A stretch of 62,016 nucleotides of DNA, taken from assembly GCA_026023565.1 (NCBI GenBank), contig JAPETS010000048.1, positions 124,001 through 186,016 of the forward strand, written 5' to 3'. Position numbers and translations under genes: made by a program. Below the pieces are notes generated by a model that had not been told where the DNA came from, made no database searches, and saw only the letters and a list, made by a program, of their open reading frames with translations. Every line of letters starts with the position of its first letter. Positions within the stretch are counted from its first letter, which is position 1. The stretch is from Cirrosporium novae-zelandiae. Taxonomy: Eukaryota. Shown one piece after another: positions 27,351-40,910 of the stretch.

Positions 27351-28006
27351 TCAATCAATATCCACCCCCTCCATTTCCTCCCCCCCTTCATCCACCCCCT
27401 CTTCCCCACCACCACCACCACTATCCCCCCCCATAACCCCCTTCACAACCCCCACCACCTCCCCAATCTGCACCTCACTAAACCTCTGTTCGATCTCCTC
27501 CACAATCGGATACAGCACGGCCTCAGAGCCCGGTCTCAGATTCAGGAGCATTAGGGTTTCAGCTTTTGTGAGCGCATAGGGCTCTAGTTTTGAGAGGAGG
27601 AGAGGGATGAAGGATAATAATTTTTGTTCTTCGTCCTCGAGCTCTCTATCTTCTTTCTGTTCTTCTGCTTCTTCCTCTTCCCCATCATTGGGATGAGCAT
27701 ACTCATCCAACGGCCTCAAAAATTCAAACATTCCCACGAGGTATTGCCGGAGTTCGTGAACAACGGTTTCGAAATCGGGATGGCGGAGGGTGGGGGCGGG
27801 TTTTGGGGGGTGGGATTGGGATTGAGATTGTTGGCGACGGCGCGTGTTTAGGGCTGTGGTGCGCTGGGCGTTGCGGTGGCGGGTTTGGGTTAGGTGCAGG
27901 AGGACTTCGGCGTTTGTGAGGGTTGCGGATTGGGGGTCTAGGATCTGGGGGGAGGGGGGAGTTAGTTATGGTGGGGGAAGGAGGGGGGGTGGGGACGTAC
28001 CTTCAT
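27351..28006 (-). CDS. RPC17: RNA polymerase III subunit C17 (Rpb4/HRDC family)
   Basis: 6-nt exon 1 (ATG AAG, 28006-28001), intron 28000-27945, then ILDPQSATLTNAEVLLHL...LTKAETLMLLNLRP...YPIVEEIEQRF, in frame with ORF 27351-27737. Confidence 0.88.
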
Positions 28007-28976
28007 GGTTGGAGTTTTGGTTTGGGTTGGAAGGTTGATATGATATGCTATGCGATATTTGATATGCGATATGCGATATGAGTGCGCACGTAGGTAGTAA
28101 GCGCTGAGTGCTGACTGTTGATGTGTATATGTGTATGTGTGTGTGAAACGTATCCAGTATCAAGCGCGCGTAGGGTGTTTACAACCCTCAGCCCAACCCA
28201 GCGGATTGATTGATCGATCGATCGATTCTTTGATCATCTATAACAAAAAACCCATCCAAGAAAAACAATTATTATTTCTTTAGCTCGTTGAAATCCTCCG
28301 TTCTATGTTCACTTCCGCTCCCTCTCTCTTGAGGTCTCAGGTTGGTCAAGAAGAATAATAATAGTAGTAATAGTCATAAAATAAACTGTACAAAAGTACG
28401 TAACACTGATGAGAGATGATGAGAGAGGAAAGCCAGAGTATCTTTTTTCCTTCTTTTCCTTTTTATTCTGCTTCTCACAGGCGCATGCGAAAATGTAGAT
28501 AATTATGATTAGGTTAATGCGGGGTTGACGGGCAGAATGTTTTTTTTCCTTGGGGGTTCGGTCGGGGGCGATCGGGGGCGGTGAGGGGAGAGGCCGAGGG
28601 AAGCTGGTTTTGTTTTTGCTTTTGGAGGACTGCGCTTCGGGTTTCATTGGTGTAGGGTGTGTAGGGTATTAGGTGGTGAAACGACGCCGAAATGGCGGGA
28701 GATTGGTTTGGAGATGCTAATGAGAGAGGCCTTGGCTCCATTATTGTTATTGAGGATGACCTACCTTGTATCCTGGACGAGTTGATTTATTCTTTGCTCT
28801 TGTTTTTCACAGACAATTCGGTAAATCTATATTCAACTCATCCATTTCTAGGAGATTATTATCCATTGTATTGCATGTGCAGTACAGACCAAAAATTAGG
28901 TCCTTTAGACATACGTTATCTTTACAGTAATACCTAATGAGACAAATAGCAGCCACCCACACCTGCAATACCCAAA

Positions 28977-30234
28977 TCAGAACACGCTGATATAATTCCC
29001 AATCCTATCTTTCTGGTTTTGCGCAATGCATTCTGCTATCCATGTGATGTTCCGAATTTCCTATTTGGCAATCAGTCAGTAAGCAGTCTTTAAAGAATGG
29101 ATAGAACATTTCGCACCTGCTCCTTTAGCTTCACCCAAGCATAAATCACCGAATGCGTAAACTGTCTCGTGAACGCCAACTTTGATAGTTCCATTTCTTT
29201 CTGGTAGAACAAATCTTCCAGACTCTTTCCATCGCTGCCAATCCCACCGGACATATTTCCAGCTCCAGCTCCCATGCCACCTTGGGTCAAACCAACTTGG
29301 TCAAATGCATTCTTGTAATCGGAGACACCGCTGACAGCCAAGCTAACCCCTTCAATGTCATCAGCTCGTGAGAGCATCAACGTACCCTCTGGATATAACT
29401 TTCCAATTTCGGGATACATCCGCTTTCTGTCACCTTTTGAAAGCTCAGTGCCAAAAGAGTTGAGGGTAATATTGATAGCTCGGCGGTCAGCCTCAAATTC
29501 TAGGATTTCTGACATGACTTCTGATGTGGGTGTGTTCCTTAGGTCTGGATCGGTATTGACAAAGTTATAAAAGTCTTCCAGGTAGTTCTTGTAGAGAGTG
29601 TTTCGGACAATTTCGATGTTAAGTTCGTCCAGGTCCTGATGGCTAAGGGTACCCTTGAAGTAAGGTGCCAAAGGAGTTTCAACCAAAACCGCATTATAGA
29701 GCTCCTCGATGTTTGTTGCTACGCAAAGAACAGGCATGGTCTCAAACCAGCCTAGAGGATGACATCTGTCCAGCAATTCTCGAGTATCTCGCTCATGTAG
29801 AGTTCCGGTGATGATGAGTGCCACATTATCAATCATGTAACCATAGGTGAGGTATTCCATAAACTTTGCTGTCGATCCAACAGCTTGCGCTTGAAGGTAT
29901 CGGAATTCGGATACAAGCTTGTCGGTAGTTTTATTGGCCAGGGAGGACGTAGAGGGATTGGGAGGCAGAGAAGCGAGGACATCGCCATAGGCAGTAGAAA
30001 GCTGTAGCTTGACATCTAGAAGAGTCAGTTATTATTCTCCAAAGCAGCTTGAAGATGTTAATACCATCTATGGTTTCGCATTGGGTGAGATTGCCATAAT
30101 TCTGGCTGGTCAGTAGGGCATTGCGGTAACCTCTTACTAGGCCTTCAATATAGCTATACAACTTAGCTTGAATGTGGGCATTATATAGTAGTAGAAGCTT
30201 ACCCTCCATTAACGTTATATAGTAGTCCCTCCAT
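28977..30234 (-). CDS. VMA6: V-ATPase V0 subunit d
   Basis: Spliced product MEGLLYNVNGG / YIEGLVRGYRN...QCETID / ...YMIDNVALIITGTLHERD...CHPLGWF / EIRNITWIAECIAQNQKDRIGNYISVF*, with three introns. Confidence 0.97.
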
Positions 30235-30586
30235 CTTCAAAAGAGGTATTACGATATATGTGTTTTCATGTAGTTGGGGTATTTGGATGTGAAATGAACA
30301 AATACCTAGATACCTAGGTAGTCAGTCAATTTATTAGGTGTGTTGATGTTCAAGGTCCAAATGGCATGGATGGATCTACAGGGTAGTACGGTGACCATCA
30401 AAGCCCAAAGCCGCAAACTTTAAAGTTCCACCACACAGATGCTTTTGCACTAAAGTATCTTCAAGACAGAAATTTTGTTAAAGACCTATCTGAGCCTCTC
30501 CAACTACTTTTCCGTTCTCCTCCTCCGCCCACCTTCGCTCCTTTCTTCTTCTTGTCCAAAAGGTAGCGACAGTAATACAAGACAAG

Positions 30587-32538
30587 ATGGCCCCTCTTTT
30601 TATCCTTACCGAAACCAGCGCAGGTTACGCGCTTCTCAAGGCAAAAGATAAGAAGCTGCTCAAGCGAGATGATCTAGCTTCAAAAGCTGAGGATCCAGAA
30701 GAAGTCTGCAGTCTGTAAGTATGATTATGGTTATTCTATGCTGGCCGATGGATATTTCAGTCAATTCTGGCTTTTTACTTCTGCGCAATTATTTTCCACT
30801 GGAATTATAGCCTAGATGCTGACTATCATGTAGCTTGAAATTAAAAGTATTCCAAAAGTTCGACAGCTCTGCAACCGCCCTAGAAGAAGCTTCAGCCCTT
30901 GTTGAAGGAAAGGTTTCTTCAAAATTAGCATCTCTACTCGATTCATTAAAAGATGAAAAGAAAGCGTCTTTGGTGGTTGCCGACCCCAAGCTTGGTAGAG
31001 CTCCTCCAGACTTTTAAATTTTCAATACTAATATTGTAGGCAATGCAATCAACAACCTCCCAGGATTTTCTATTACTCCCATCTCCGACTCCACGACCAC
31101 TGACGTCTATCGTGCCATTCGAGCTAACATCACCTCTTTAATACCTCAACTTCTCCCCGAAGATATTAGCACTCTCAACCTCGGTCTTTCGCATTCTCTT
31201 TCCCGACACAAGCTCAAGTTCTCTCCCGACAAAATTGATACCATGATTATTCAAGCAATTGGACTTCTCGATGATCTGGATAAAGAGCTTAACACTTATG
31301 CAATGAGAGTAAAAGAATGGTACGGTTGGCATTTCCCAGAAATGGGCAAAATAGTCAATGATAATATTGCATATGCTAAAATTATTCTTGCTGTGGGCAT
31401 GCGACATAATATGAAGCACACCGACCTAGGTGAAATTCTCCCAGAGGAAATTGAGGTTGCCATCAAGCACGCAGCCGAGCTGTCCATGGGTACTGAAATC
31501 ACCGAGGAGGACCTTGACAATATCCGAGCTTTAGCTGAACAAGTTGTGGGTTTCACCGAGTACCGACAGCAGCTCTCGAGTTATCTTACTTCACGAATGA
31601 CAGCAATTGCTCCAAATCTGACTACCCTTGTGGGAGAACTTGTTGGAGCTCGGTTGATTGCTCATGCGGGCAGTCTGTTGAATCTCTCAAAGAGTCCTGC
31701 CAGTACAATTCAAATCCTCGGCGCTGAAAAGGCACTCTTCAGGGCCCTCAAAACGAAACATGACACTCCCAAGTATGGTCTGATCTACCACGCCTCGCTT
31801 ATTGGACAAGCCACCGGAAAGAACAAGGGTAAGATGGCTAGAATGTTGGCTGCAAAAGCTGCAATTGGTCTCCGTGTGGATGCTCTCGCAGAGTGGGGAA
31901 CAGAACAAGAAGGAGCGCAAGATGTTGATGACGAGAAGAAGGCGGAGTTAGGTGTAGAATCAAGAATCAAGTTGGAGAGGAAGCTCGCCTCCCTCGAGGG
32001 CAAACCCCTCAGACCAAAGGGTGTTGCTATCGGACCAAATGGCATTCCCGTTCAGCCTGGAAAATGGGAAATCAAAGAAGCACGGAAATATAACCCTGAT
32101 GCTGATGGAATGGCTGGGGATGAAGTGGCACCAAAGGCTGCCAAGAAGCTTATCGAGGAGGTCAAGGATACCGAGATGGCGTCTGCCAGTGAAGCCGAAG
32201 AGAGTACCGATGAAGAAATGCCTGATGCCGAGGAGAAAACCCCATCTAGCGATACCGCCAAGGAACCATCCCCAGTAAAGAGTAAATCGCACAAGGAAGC
32301 AAAGGTAGAAAAGTATCTCAAACGCAAAGAAGAGAAGAAGAAGCACAAGGAAGAGAAAAAGGAGAAGAAGGCAAAGAAGGAAAAGAAGGTCAAGGAAAAT
32401 AAAGAAAAGAGAGAGAAGAAAGAGAAGAAAGAAAACAAGGAGGAAAAACCAAGTAAAGAGGAAAAGAAACGCAAGAGAGATAGCGACGAAGCGAGCGAAG
32501 TAAAATCAGAGAAAAAGAAGAAGAAGTCCAAGGCATGA
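30587..32538 (+). CDS. NOP58: Box C/D snoRNP core protein Nop58
   Basis: [18 protein letters not shown] start; introns 30715-30833 and 30995-31039; [51 protein letters not shown] and a KKE-rich tail. Divergent from VMA6 across ~350 bp. Confidence 0.95.
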
Positions 32539-33976
32539 GGAACTTCTTCTTCTTGTTTTTGATAACTATTTTTCTGTAGCATATGTTCTGCGACCGTTTA
32601 TTTACAATGACGAACGGGGTGCCTGAGGAACTTATTTGGGTGGCATTGGGCGTTTTATGTGGAAAAGGATAGTTAGATTCTCTGTTGCTTTGTTGGGTCT
32701 ATAGCTTTTTTCCCATCTACACGACTATAATAATGGTCAGGTAAAAAAAAATCGAAAAGATGTTCCAATGATAGTATCTGTGAATTGCTGAGTTGGTAGC
32801 CGTATCTCACGAGGTCTTGGTATATCTATATAGGTATGATTCATTCATTCACCCAACCTCAACATTTTCTATTCAAAGGCAAACCAACACTCTTACCTCA
32901 CTGGGTACCTAAGCTACAAAGGACGTGAGATATCTATCCACTATGCACTTGAGCGGATACCTAGTGTTGGGATATATATAACCTAACTACACTATAACAT
33001 TCTTAGACCCCCTTTTCCACTCTATTTCCCCAGCACCACATCCGTCACTTCTTCCCGTCGTTGTCTTCATCTCCTTCATCTCCCAGGTCCATCCTCCTCG
33101 CGACCGTAAAGTTATATAGATATAGGCTTATAGGCTATAAAGTTATACTCCCCCCATCCTCCATCTAATCTAATCTACCATCTATTCCAACTAATTATCC
33201 AAGCTAGCAAGCAAAAGCCATACTGTATATCTATAATCTATATTATCCATGAAGTATGATGTCATCGAGATGTGGTTTTTTATTTATGATGCCTGCTTTA
33301 GATACTGGGTCATGTTTACTGTGGTAGGTGTTATGGATAGGGTAATGATTAGATAATCAATTAATTGGTTGGCGTATCCGTCATATCTGTCATATTTCTT
33401 GCTATACTATACTATATGGTACTATACTACTTACTTGACTTGATAAGGATATCTGTAGGCATATTCCGTTTTCCATCTTCCATCTTCCATCTTCCATATC
33501 CCATATATGTAATATCCCCCCCCTTCTTTTCTTTCAACAACCAAAGCAAAAAAAAAAAAGACACAACAACGTCCACGAAAATGTTTTGCGTTGTATGTGC
33601 ATGAGTTGCGCCATAAACTCTCCTGACTCTCCTAACCGACCGACCGACCAATCGGTCTGTACTGTAGGTACATGTACCTAGATGGTTTCTTGGAGAGAGA
33701 GACGCCCCTTAGACCCTAGACTCCGATTTTGAAAAAAAAAAGAAAGAAAGATACACCGTACATGTATATGTACAATGTAATGTACTCGAGGTACTTTAGC
33801 CCCCACCTTATCTTATCTCCGTTTCCCTTTCGATCAAGTTACTTCATGAGTAAGTTAACATCGGGGCTTGTTTCATCAACAATCAACATCAACACCAACA
33901 CCAACGCCAGGATTATATAATCCACCCACGGCCGCATCATTCGTAGTAGTAGTATAAGTGTCTTCATCTGTGAAAT

Positions 33977-35613
33977 CTACTTCTTCCTGGATCTTTTTCC
34001 GCCTTCGGTTCCGTTCCCAAACCCTGCGCCGCTGGCACTTCGTTTCATCAACGAGCCCATTGAGCTTCCGCCTCCATGTCGGCTCATTGCAACACCGCCT
34101 ACATGTTGTTCATCCTGTCCCGAGTTGCTGTTTTGTGTGTTTGGTGCCGCGGTCCCTCTGCCTAGATGTTCCAGGCGGCTCGCTGCTAGCATTATTGCTG
34201 TCAGATCGTCTTCCCTCTCTTCTTTTGCTGCGGCTGAGATTTCGGTGGCGGCGAGGGTTCTCTGATTCGTCGCGGTGATGGTAAAGGATGATGTGCGGAA
34301 ATTGCTTGGGAGGCCTTCAGGCATGTCACCGAGAATTTGTAGAGCTTGGGGACCCGAAGGACGTGCGGAGCGGGTTGCGTGGTAGGAGTGGTTAGCTGTG
34401 CGATCCATATCTACTGCTGCGGGTGTGGCTTCGTCGTCCTCGCCCTCGTGTGTCGTTCCATTTCCCGAGCCTCCGGTTTCGTGATCATCGACATGATGCC
34501 TGTTAACTGACGCAAGTCCTCCCTCCACATGATCTCGCTCACGTCTCACCGTCTCGAGAGCAACCTCGCTTGCTCTTGCGCTAACCATCATCAATTCTTT
34601 ATCCTGGAATAGCTTATCGATAGAGAAAAGCGGTGCCCCATGGTAGCGAGACCCTTTTGATTGTCCATCTTTCCCCTTTTTATGTGAGTGATCGACCGAG
34701 TCATTTTCTTCCTCCATTTCTACCTTTCGCTTCCCCCTTCTATAGGCCGAGTCGGCAGCAGCCACACCTCCCAGCTCATCCACGTCCCTCAGGTGCCGTC
34801 CCCCATGTCGAGTATTCCTATTACCCCTAGAACCACCAGGACTTGAAGGATTTGTATAACTGAATTGGCTAGGATGGAGGAGAAAGGCGCTGGCGTCTGC
34901 TATATCGAGGTGTCCCTTTTCTTTTAGAAGTCGATGTCGCTTTTGGCTCAGGGCTGCCATCAATCGTTCACGAACTGTATTGGCCAGCTCTTTGTGTTCT
35001 TCGACGGCTGCTTCGGTTTTCCATTTAGCTTCAAATTCTAGAAATTCCATACGACGTTTATGGTCATTCTGCATACAAGGTTAGCCCTATAGGAAATATA
35101 AAGGAGGCTTAAAGTATAATTTTCATACACTTGGCCGGCACAATATTGAAATGGGTAGTAGGAACATACCATTAGTTGTGTTAATCGCGCATCTCGTTCC
35201 TCTTGCGCATTGTTGATTGCTTCAACATACTTTGCGTAATATTTTCCAGCAATTGGAGAAAGCTCGAACCCGGGAGCATTTCCGCGAGGTACCTCTCGAA
35301 AGGTCTGCTCTACCATATCCGTTATTGCATCGCCCATGTCCTCTAGGGGGTGTGGCTCATAAGGATCCGCTTTAAGGATAAGCCCCATATCGATTTGTAG
35401 CGAATGAAGCTGCGATCGCCAATATGGATCACGGTTCCGGTTAAATGTGTCGGAGAGCTCTTGGACTCGATCCATGAGCCGGTGTCGTCGAACTTCACGT
35501 TTGTTAAGTGGCTGCTGTGGTTGGGCAGGAGAAGGTGAACGGCGAGCTTGAAAGGGTGCCATGTTTGAGACTGGTGTTGGAGAGTTATGATTGGGCGATA
35601 AAGACGTCGCCAT
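33977..35613 (-). CDS. SDS3: Sds3-family subunit of the Rpd3L/Sin3 histone deacetylase complex
   Basis: Two exons joined in frame by intron 35169-35069. KREVRR...FNRNRDPYWRSQLHSLQIDMGLILKADPY and coiled coil EHKELANTVRERLM...LLKEK. Confidence 0.8.
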
Positions 35614-36126
35614 GCCGATAGCTTTGGATCTAGATTTTATCCTCTGGTCAAAATGAAGTAGTGAAGACTATTTTTGTCGACTGAGATTATTGTCACGGCA
35701 ACCTTTGGGGGGTTTAGAGCTGAATGTTCGAGAAAAGCTATGAGAAAGGAAGGTCGGAAATGACATGGAAAGGTTCTAATCCTGCTCAGACGGTATTCGA
35801 GTGAAGCGGTTATGCATTAGAAGGTTTGAAAAGCCGGAGTGAATGTAAATCAAGGTCATGAAGTAGCTGATTTCGAAATTTGGGTGTCTAATGGGACATG
35901 ACCTTAGGCGTCATTCGGTCGGCACTCAAAGTGCTTTTACCCCGAGGTTCGGCTAAAAATGCATTTCCGCTTTCGGGAAAGCAGGGTTCTGACCATTCAG
36001 GTACTGTACTGTACACACTGTATTCAACGCTGGCAAAGCTGACAAAGGTACTTTTTAATATTGTTTTCATAATAATTATTATTCAAAATAAACGAGGGCT
36101 ACGGACTCATATCTAGTTCACCATTC

Positions 36127-37275
36127 TTATTGAATTGTGCCAAAGTCATACTTTGCCCATACAATTGCGGGCTCTGTTTCTGTAGAGTAAACCGCATATT
36201 CCTCCTGTCCCCACTCAGGATGATTCACCCCATCAATCCATTGTTGTGTTTCAATAACTATACATCCATACTTCTCCACGTACGTAGTGTTGTCCCCGTG
36301 TTGCTGACTCTCCTTTACAGCTATTGTCCCATTCATGTTATTGCAAGCGTAGATCTGGAGGCTTCGTTGGTTCGTCGTGAGATCCATGCGAATGCCTGTG
36401 GTGTTGCTCCAGAGCGACAGGAGAGTGAGATCGGTGGATTCAGGGCCAGAGTAGCGAGGTCGATCGACAATAAAGGCATTATCATAGCCTGTACAATTCC
36501 ATCCACAGGCGTGAGCGGACTCAATATCGGCGCCAATCTCCTTGGGAAGCGTAAAGTCGAGGGGTGGGTTGGCAGCTACAACGCCAAGTGAGCCGTTGGG
36601 AATGAGAATGTTATCCACGAGGATATAGCGATCGCTGTAGGGCATCCAGAGGGTATCATTAAGAACGGTTGGCTTTGAGGTATCGGTAAATGCATTAAGA
36701 CTCCAGTAGACATGGTTGGCAAGCATAATGGGGGTGGGCTTATCCAGCGGAATCGACACGAGTCGCGACGTCCAGGAGGACTCGGTGACGGTATAAGTGG
36801 CATACGTAATTACAGTACCAGGGAAACCTTCATAGGCCTCATCAGCAAGCATAAACGTAATGCTGTCGTTGGTCAAGGCAGAAATGGTCCAATTCCGCTG
36901 ATCATATCCCACTTTTCCTCCGTGTAATGTATCAAGGCCACCATGTTCATTTTCGGAGATATTCGAGGTGATCCCGTCAACGGTAAAGGTCCCGTTCTTG
37001 ATGCGATTGGCATAACGACCAACGACTGGACCAAAATATGTGTGGTAAGTTGCAGTATCTTCAGCGTACTGAGTACCATTATCATATCCTAACACAACAT
37101 CCTGTGGGTTTCCATCTCGATCATTGACAAGGAGATTGGTTAGACGAGCGCCATATCCTATAAATGAGGCATTAATGCCAGGCGCAGAGATAGTATGTTT
37201 TTCAAAAGGATCTGTTGCGGCATGGACAGCAGCGCCAACTGCCATCAACAGTAGGAAGGAGTTGGCCGAAAACAT
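36127..37275 (-). CDS. Aldose 1-epimerase (galactose mutarotase family) with a signal peptide
   Basis: Intronless. YFGPVVGRYANRIKNG, TLHGG, GFPG, LANHVYW and GYDNAF; hydrophobic N-terminus MFSANSFLLLMAVGAAVHA. Confidence 0.92.
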   Translation of the reverse strand: MFSANSFLLLMAVGAAVHAATDPFEKHTISAPGINASFIGYGARLTNLLVNDRDGNPQDVVLGYDNGTQYAEDTATYHTYFGPVVGRYANRIKNGTFTVDGITSNISENEHGGLDTLHGGKVGYDQRNWTISALTNDSITFMLADEAYEGFPGTVITYATYTVTESSWTSRLVSIPLDKPTPIMLANHVYWSLNAFTDTSKPTVLNDTLWMPYSDRYILVDNILIPNGSLGVVAANPPLDFTLPKEIGADIESAHACGWNCTGYDNAFIVDRPRYSGPESTDLTLLSLWSNTTGIRMDLTTNQRSLQIYACNNMNGTIAVKESQQHGDNTTYVEKYGCIVIETQQWIDGVNHPEWGQEEYAVYSTETEPAIVWAKYDFGTIQ

Positions 37276-39199
37276 GACCAAAGGACGGGTCCACCCAAAT
37301 GAACTGAGAGGACAAGGTAATCAACACAGGTGTGCATAATGACCAGCCGGGCCATAATCGGTGCCTTATATGAGTGTCAATCATAGCGCATTGACTAGAT
37401 TCCATGGAGAATCTTGGTATTATCCGTTACTACATGAAGAGTTCCTTGCGACGGTGAGGCTTCGGATACTTAGATCTGGTGATAATTCCTGGAAACGGGG
37501 GGGAAATGATGCAGCATGAAGCCGGTTGGGGATAGATCTGCTAGAACAAAGAGGAGAGCAACAGGGTAAATGGTGGATTTTGCGGGATGCGGGGAATGAA
37601 AGCACCAGGAAATAAAGAAACTTGACAGCAAGCGACTAGGCTCGGCGTGTATCACAAAGCTCCTTGGTATATAATTGGCGACTTTGGATCCTACGAGGGG
37701 TAACAAAACAAGCTGCCCGAGCTGCTCAATACGAAGCGGAATAATTGCGGAGGTCTGGTGAATTGACGCGAGCGGAGGCATGTGGGGAAACCCTGTTTTC
37801 TCGAGTACGTACCTGCTACCTGTTTACTTCCGCTTTCATCTTTTCCTTGAACCTTTCCTTGAACCATGTCTGATATATTTACGGTTATCTACACCGAGAA
37901 TGACTGCAACAAAACACATTCCACCAAATTCCACCAAAGCCCACTTTCTACCAACTCACCTCTTATTGAGTCACCGGCCGGTTTGAATATAGTCGAAATT
38001 GCTAAACCCCTTGTGATTAAAGCAATCCTCCATCACCAATTCTCATTGTTTGTAATTTTTCTAATTCGTAACTTCTCTTGGAAAGCTTTCATGTCCAGCG
38101 TCTGCAAAGGCGATTGATGTTGAGACAGGTCTCTTCAGGGATAATTCAATAATAACATCACTTGCCAACCAAGGTGGCGAACTGCATAGGAATTTCAGTC
38201 CCTTGCATAAGATGCCCGAAAAGGACAATCACGATCAGGAAATTAAATCTCATGCTCCAAGGATAGTTGCTTGCACACCGTAGACACCCTCACCTATCAA
38301 ATTCTTGGTGCAAGGACCGTTGTTGATTCGATATTGGCTCTCGTAACATACGTGCCATGTTTTGGCGGAACATTCCGAGTATAATCTGGCTCAAACCCCT
38401 GGGTCGAAATCAAGCAATGGAGCGGTCTAGCCAGCTCATAGAAAATGGAAATGGCGAGGAAAGCACGTAACACTCATATGCAAAGTCGATAGATTTCTAA
38501 CCGGCCATGTGCATCTAGGGAATCTCACATCAGAAAAAGCGGTCTTGATAGCCCAAAGATCGGTCAAGCTCCCCCTGACTCCCTTATCAATTTTGACATA
38601 GAACAGCATCGATTTGCCAAGTATGCTCATTTCTATCACCCATGCATGTATCAAGATAACGGTAGACGAGGGACAAATTCCATTGTATGGGTGAAGGGGT
38701 TCCGGTATCAGTATGACTGTATTTGGGGTGATGAATGTATAAGACTGACTCGCTCCCGGCTCTTCGGGGGCCATGTCCGAGGAAGTTGGTGGGATTAATC
38801 AGACCTCTGTGACGGATTGACCAGCTTCATATCTCAGGACGCGTCCAGCTTGATGGGCGACCACGGTTGTCAAATGCTAAAGCGATTAGCAAAACGCCAA
38901 CGGGAATCTAGATGTAATTAATAAGACGATTGAGGAAAAGATTAAGAGGGTTGTCAGACAGGATTTGTGTTAACCATCAACCAGGGTTTCGAAATATACT
39001 AATTGTAGTATTACTATCCACTTGGAATCGACGGATTGCATGTCGCGCAGCTCTAAGGCTGACGTGCTGCATAAGACTGAAAGAAGGTGACATTTTTGAC
39101 AGATGTTCCACGGTACAACCTATTCGGAGAGACGATCCAATGGGGGGGGGGATCCAGGCATGATATAGTTTAGAAGAACACAAGAATTAGCTATGGGGG

Positions 39200-40875
39200 C
39201 GGGAATGGGCGGGTTTCTGGGCCTTGAGCCTTGGGGGGAGAACAAACGAACAAACGAACAAACGAACAAAGGAAGGACACAGGGACTTGTACAGGGTACT
39301 TGAGTTAGGAGAAGAAAACGGTCGCTAAAAAGCTTTGGCACGATATTTTGAACTAAGAAGGTAAATGCTTTTCAACCTAAACAGCTGTTTTGTGTGTGGA
39401 TCTTTACCTTATACAGTAGATACTACTCAACTCACTCGAATTTACAAATATTTCTTATTTTGATCATGAGCTAAAAAGAAAAAAAGAGAAAATAAAATAA
39501 AATAAAAAATAAAAAATAAAACAAATAAAGTTCAAAACTGACCGAGGGACCGAGGGACCGTTATCTGGGTTCACGTAGACCGAAGACGAAGAAAAAAGAA
39601 AGGGAAAAAAGGGAAAAAAAAAGAAAAAGAAAAAGAAAAAGAAAAGGAAAAAGAAAAAGATCTGGAAATTTCCATCATCTTTGGTACTATTGTATCAATT
39701 GTGAGTAGTAGGCAGCGACTCGAAAGTGAATGCAATTTAATATCAAAGTAAACTTTTGGTCGATCTGGAGAGAGCCCTGGAGTACTGAAAGTGAGTTGGG
39801 CCGACTGTCTGGCTGTCTGGCCGTCTGGCTGTCTGGCTGTTTGGCTGTTGGGCTGGTTGGGCAGTCTCTTGAAGAGAGTGAGTGCAGTGCGTCTTCAACT
39901 CTTGTCCAACCGTCGGGACCACCGTAGGCTGTGTACTCTACACATGTACAGTAAGAAGGATCAGGGGGATTCTTTCAGGCTGTTGTGAACTAAATGGCTG
40001 GATGGACTGAGGTCTAGCCTTTTGATAGCTACCGACTGCTTCCGCGACCGATGCGGAGAGTTCACCAAAGGTCCAAAAGGTCCAAAGGTCCAAAGGTCCA
40101 TGGTCTGGTCCCAAGACATGTCTTTCTGTCGGTGCTTCCTGTACTTCTTCTTTGTACATCCTCTATCCTCCTTCCGGCTCTCCGGTTTCCCAATACTCTC
40201 ATAGTCATCCCCAAAAAATCAATAATATTACATTCCTAGTTTGAAATCAATCTGACCTGACTGTGGCGCTGATTCATCTCCCATCTACAGAGTCTACATG
40301 ACCAGAAAAAAAATAAAAGAAAAATAAAAGAAAAAATAAAAAAAAGGCTCCCGAAAAGAAAAGATCTCGATCACGATCTATTTGGACTTCAAATCTCAAG
40401 GGCGGCAACATGCCGGGGGCAAGGAGCATTGTAGGAGGACATTCGATTGGGTAACCAGAGACTACACAGAGTTGTTACCTTATTTTGGATTCCGTGCAGA
40501 CGTGGAGCTTTTTTTATTTTTGATTTGGCCGGTTCTGTTCTCGATATGGTGTGGCTTCAGATTTGATATCTGAAAGGATGGGAGGCATCTATTCCTTCCA
40601 AAGCTTAACGCTGAACTTTTCCACTTGAATGGCTTGGATGGCCTTGAATGGCTTGTGATGGCTGGAATAGCTTGGATAGCCTCAAATGTCAAGCCCTAAT
40701 TCAGTCCCCATTTTTTGTTATCTTTGTGGATTTACTTATACCCCCCCCTCCTCTCTCTTAGAAGTCACTTACTCCCTCCATAGTCCGATATAGTTCTATA
40801 TAGTTCTATATAGTAAACTGGTAGTGAATGGTTCCTGGATGACTTTATAATCATCTAGTGGTTAAATGGTTGTAA

Positions 40876-40910
<35 letters not shown>

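Noticed and set aside
30715..30833. Box C/D snoRNA in NOP58 intron 1 (ATGATTA ... CTGA)
   Set aside because: The C-like box abuts the splice donor and the only D box is the branch site GCTGAC; no convincing guide or terminal stem.
32280..32535. AAG/GAA-rich repeat and the antisense Phe/Ser-rich ORF 32052-32582
   Set aside because: This is the ordinary KKE/D tail of Nop58; the antisense ORF is a by-product.
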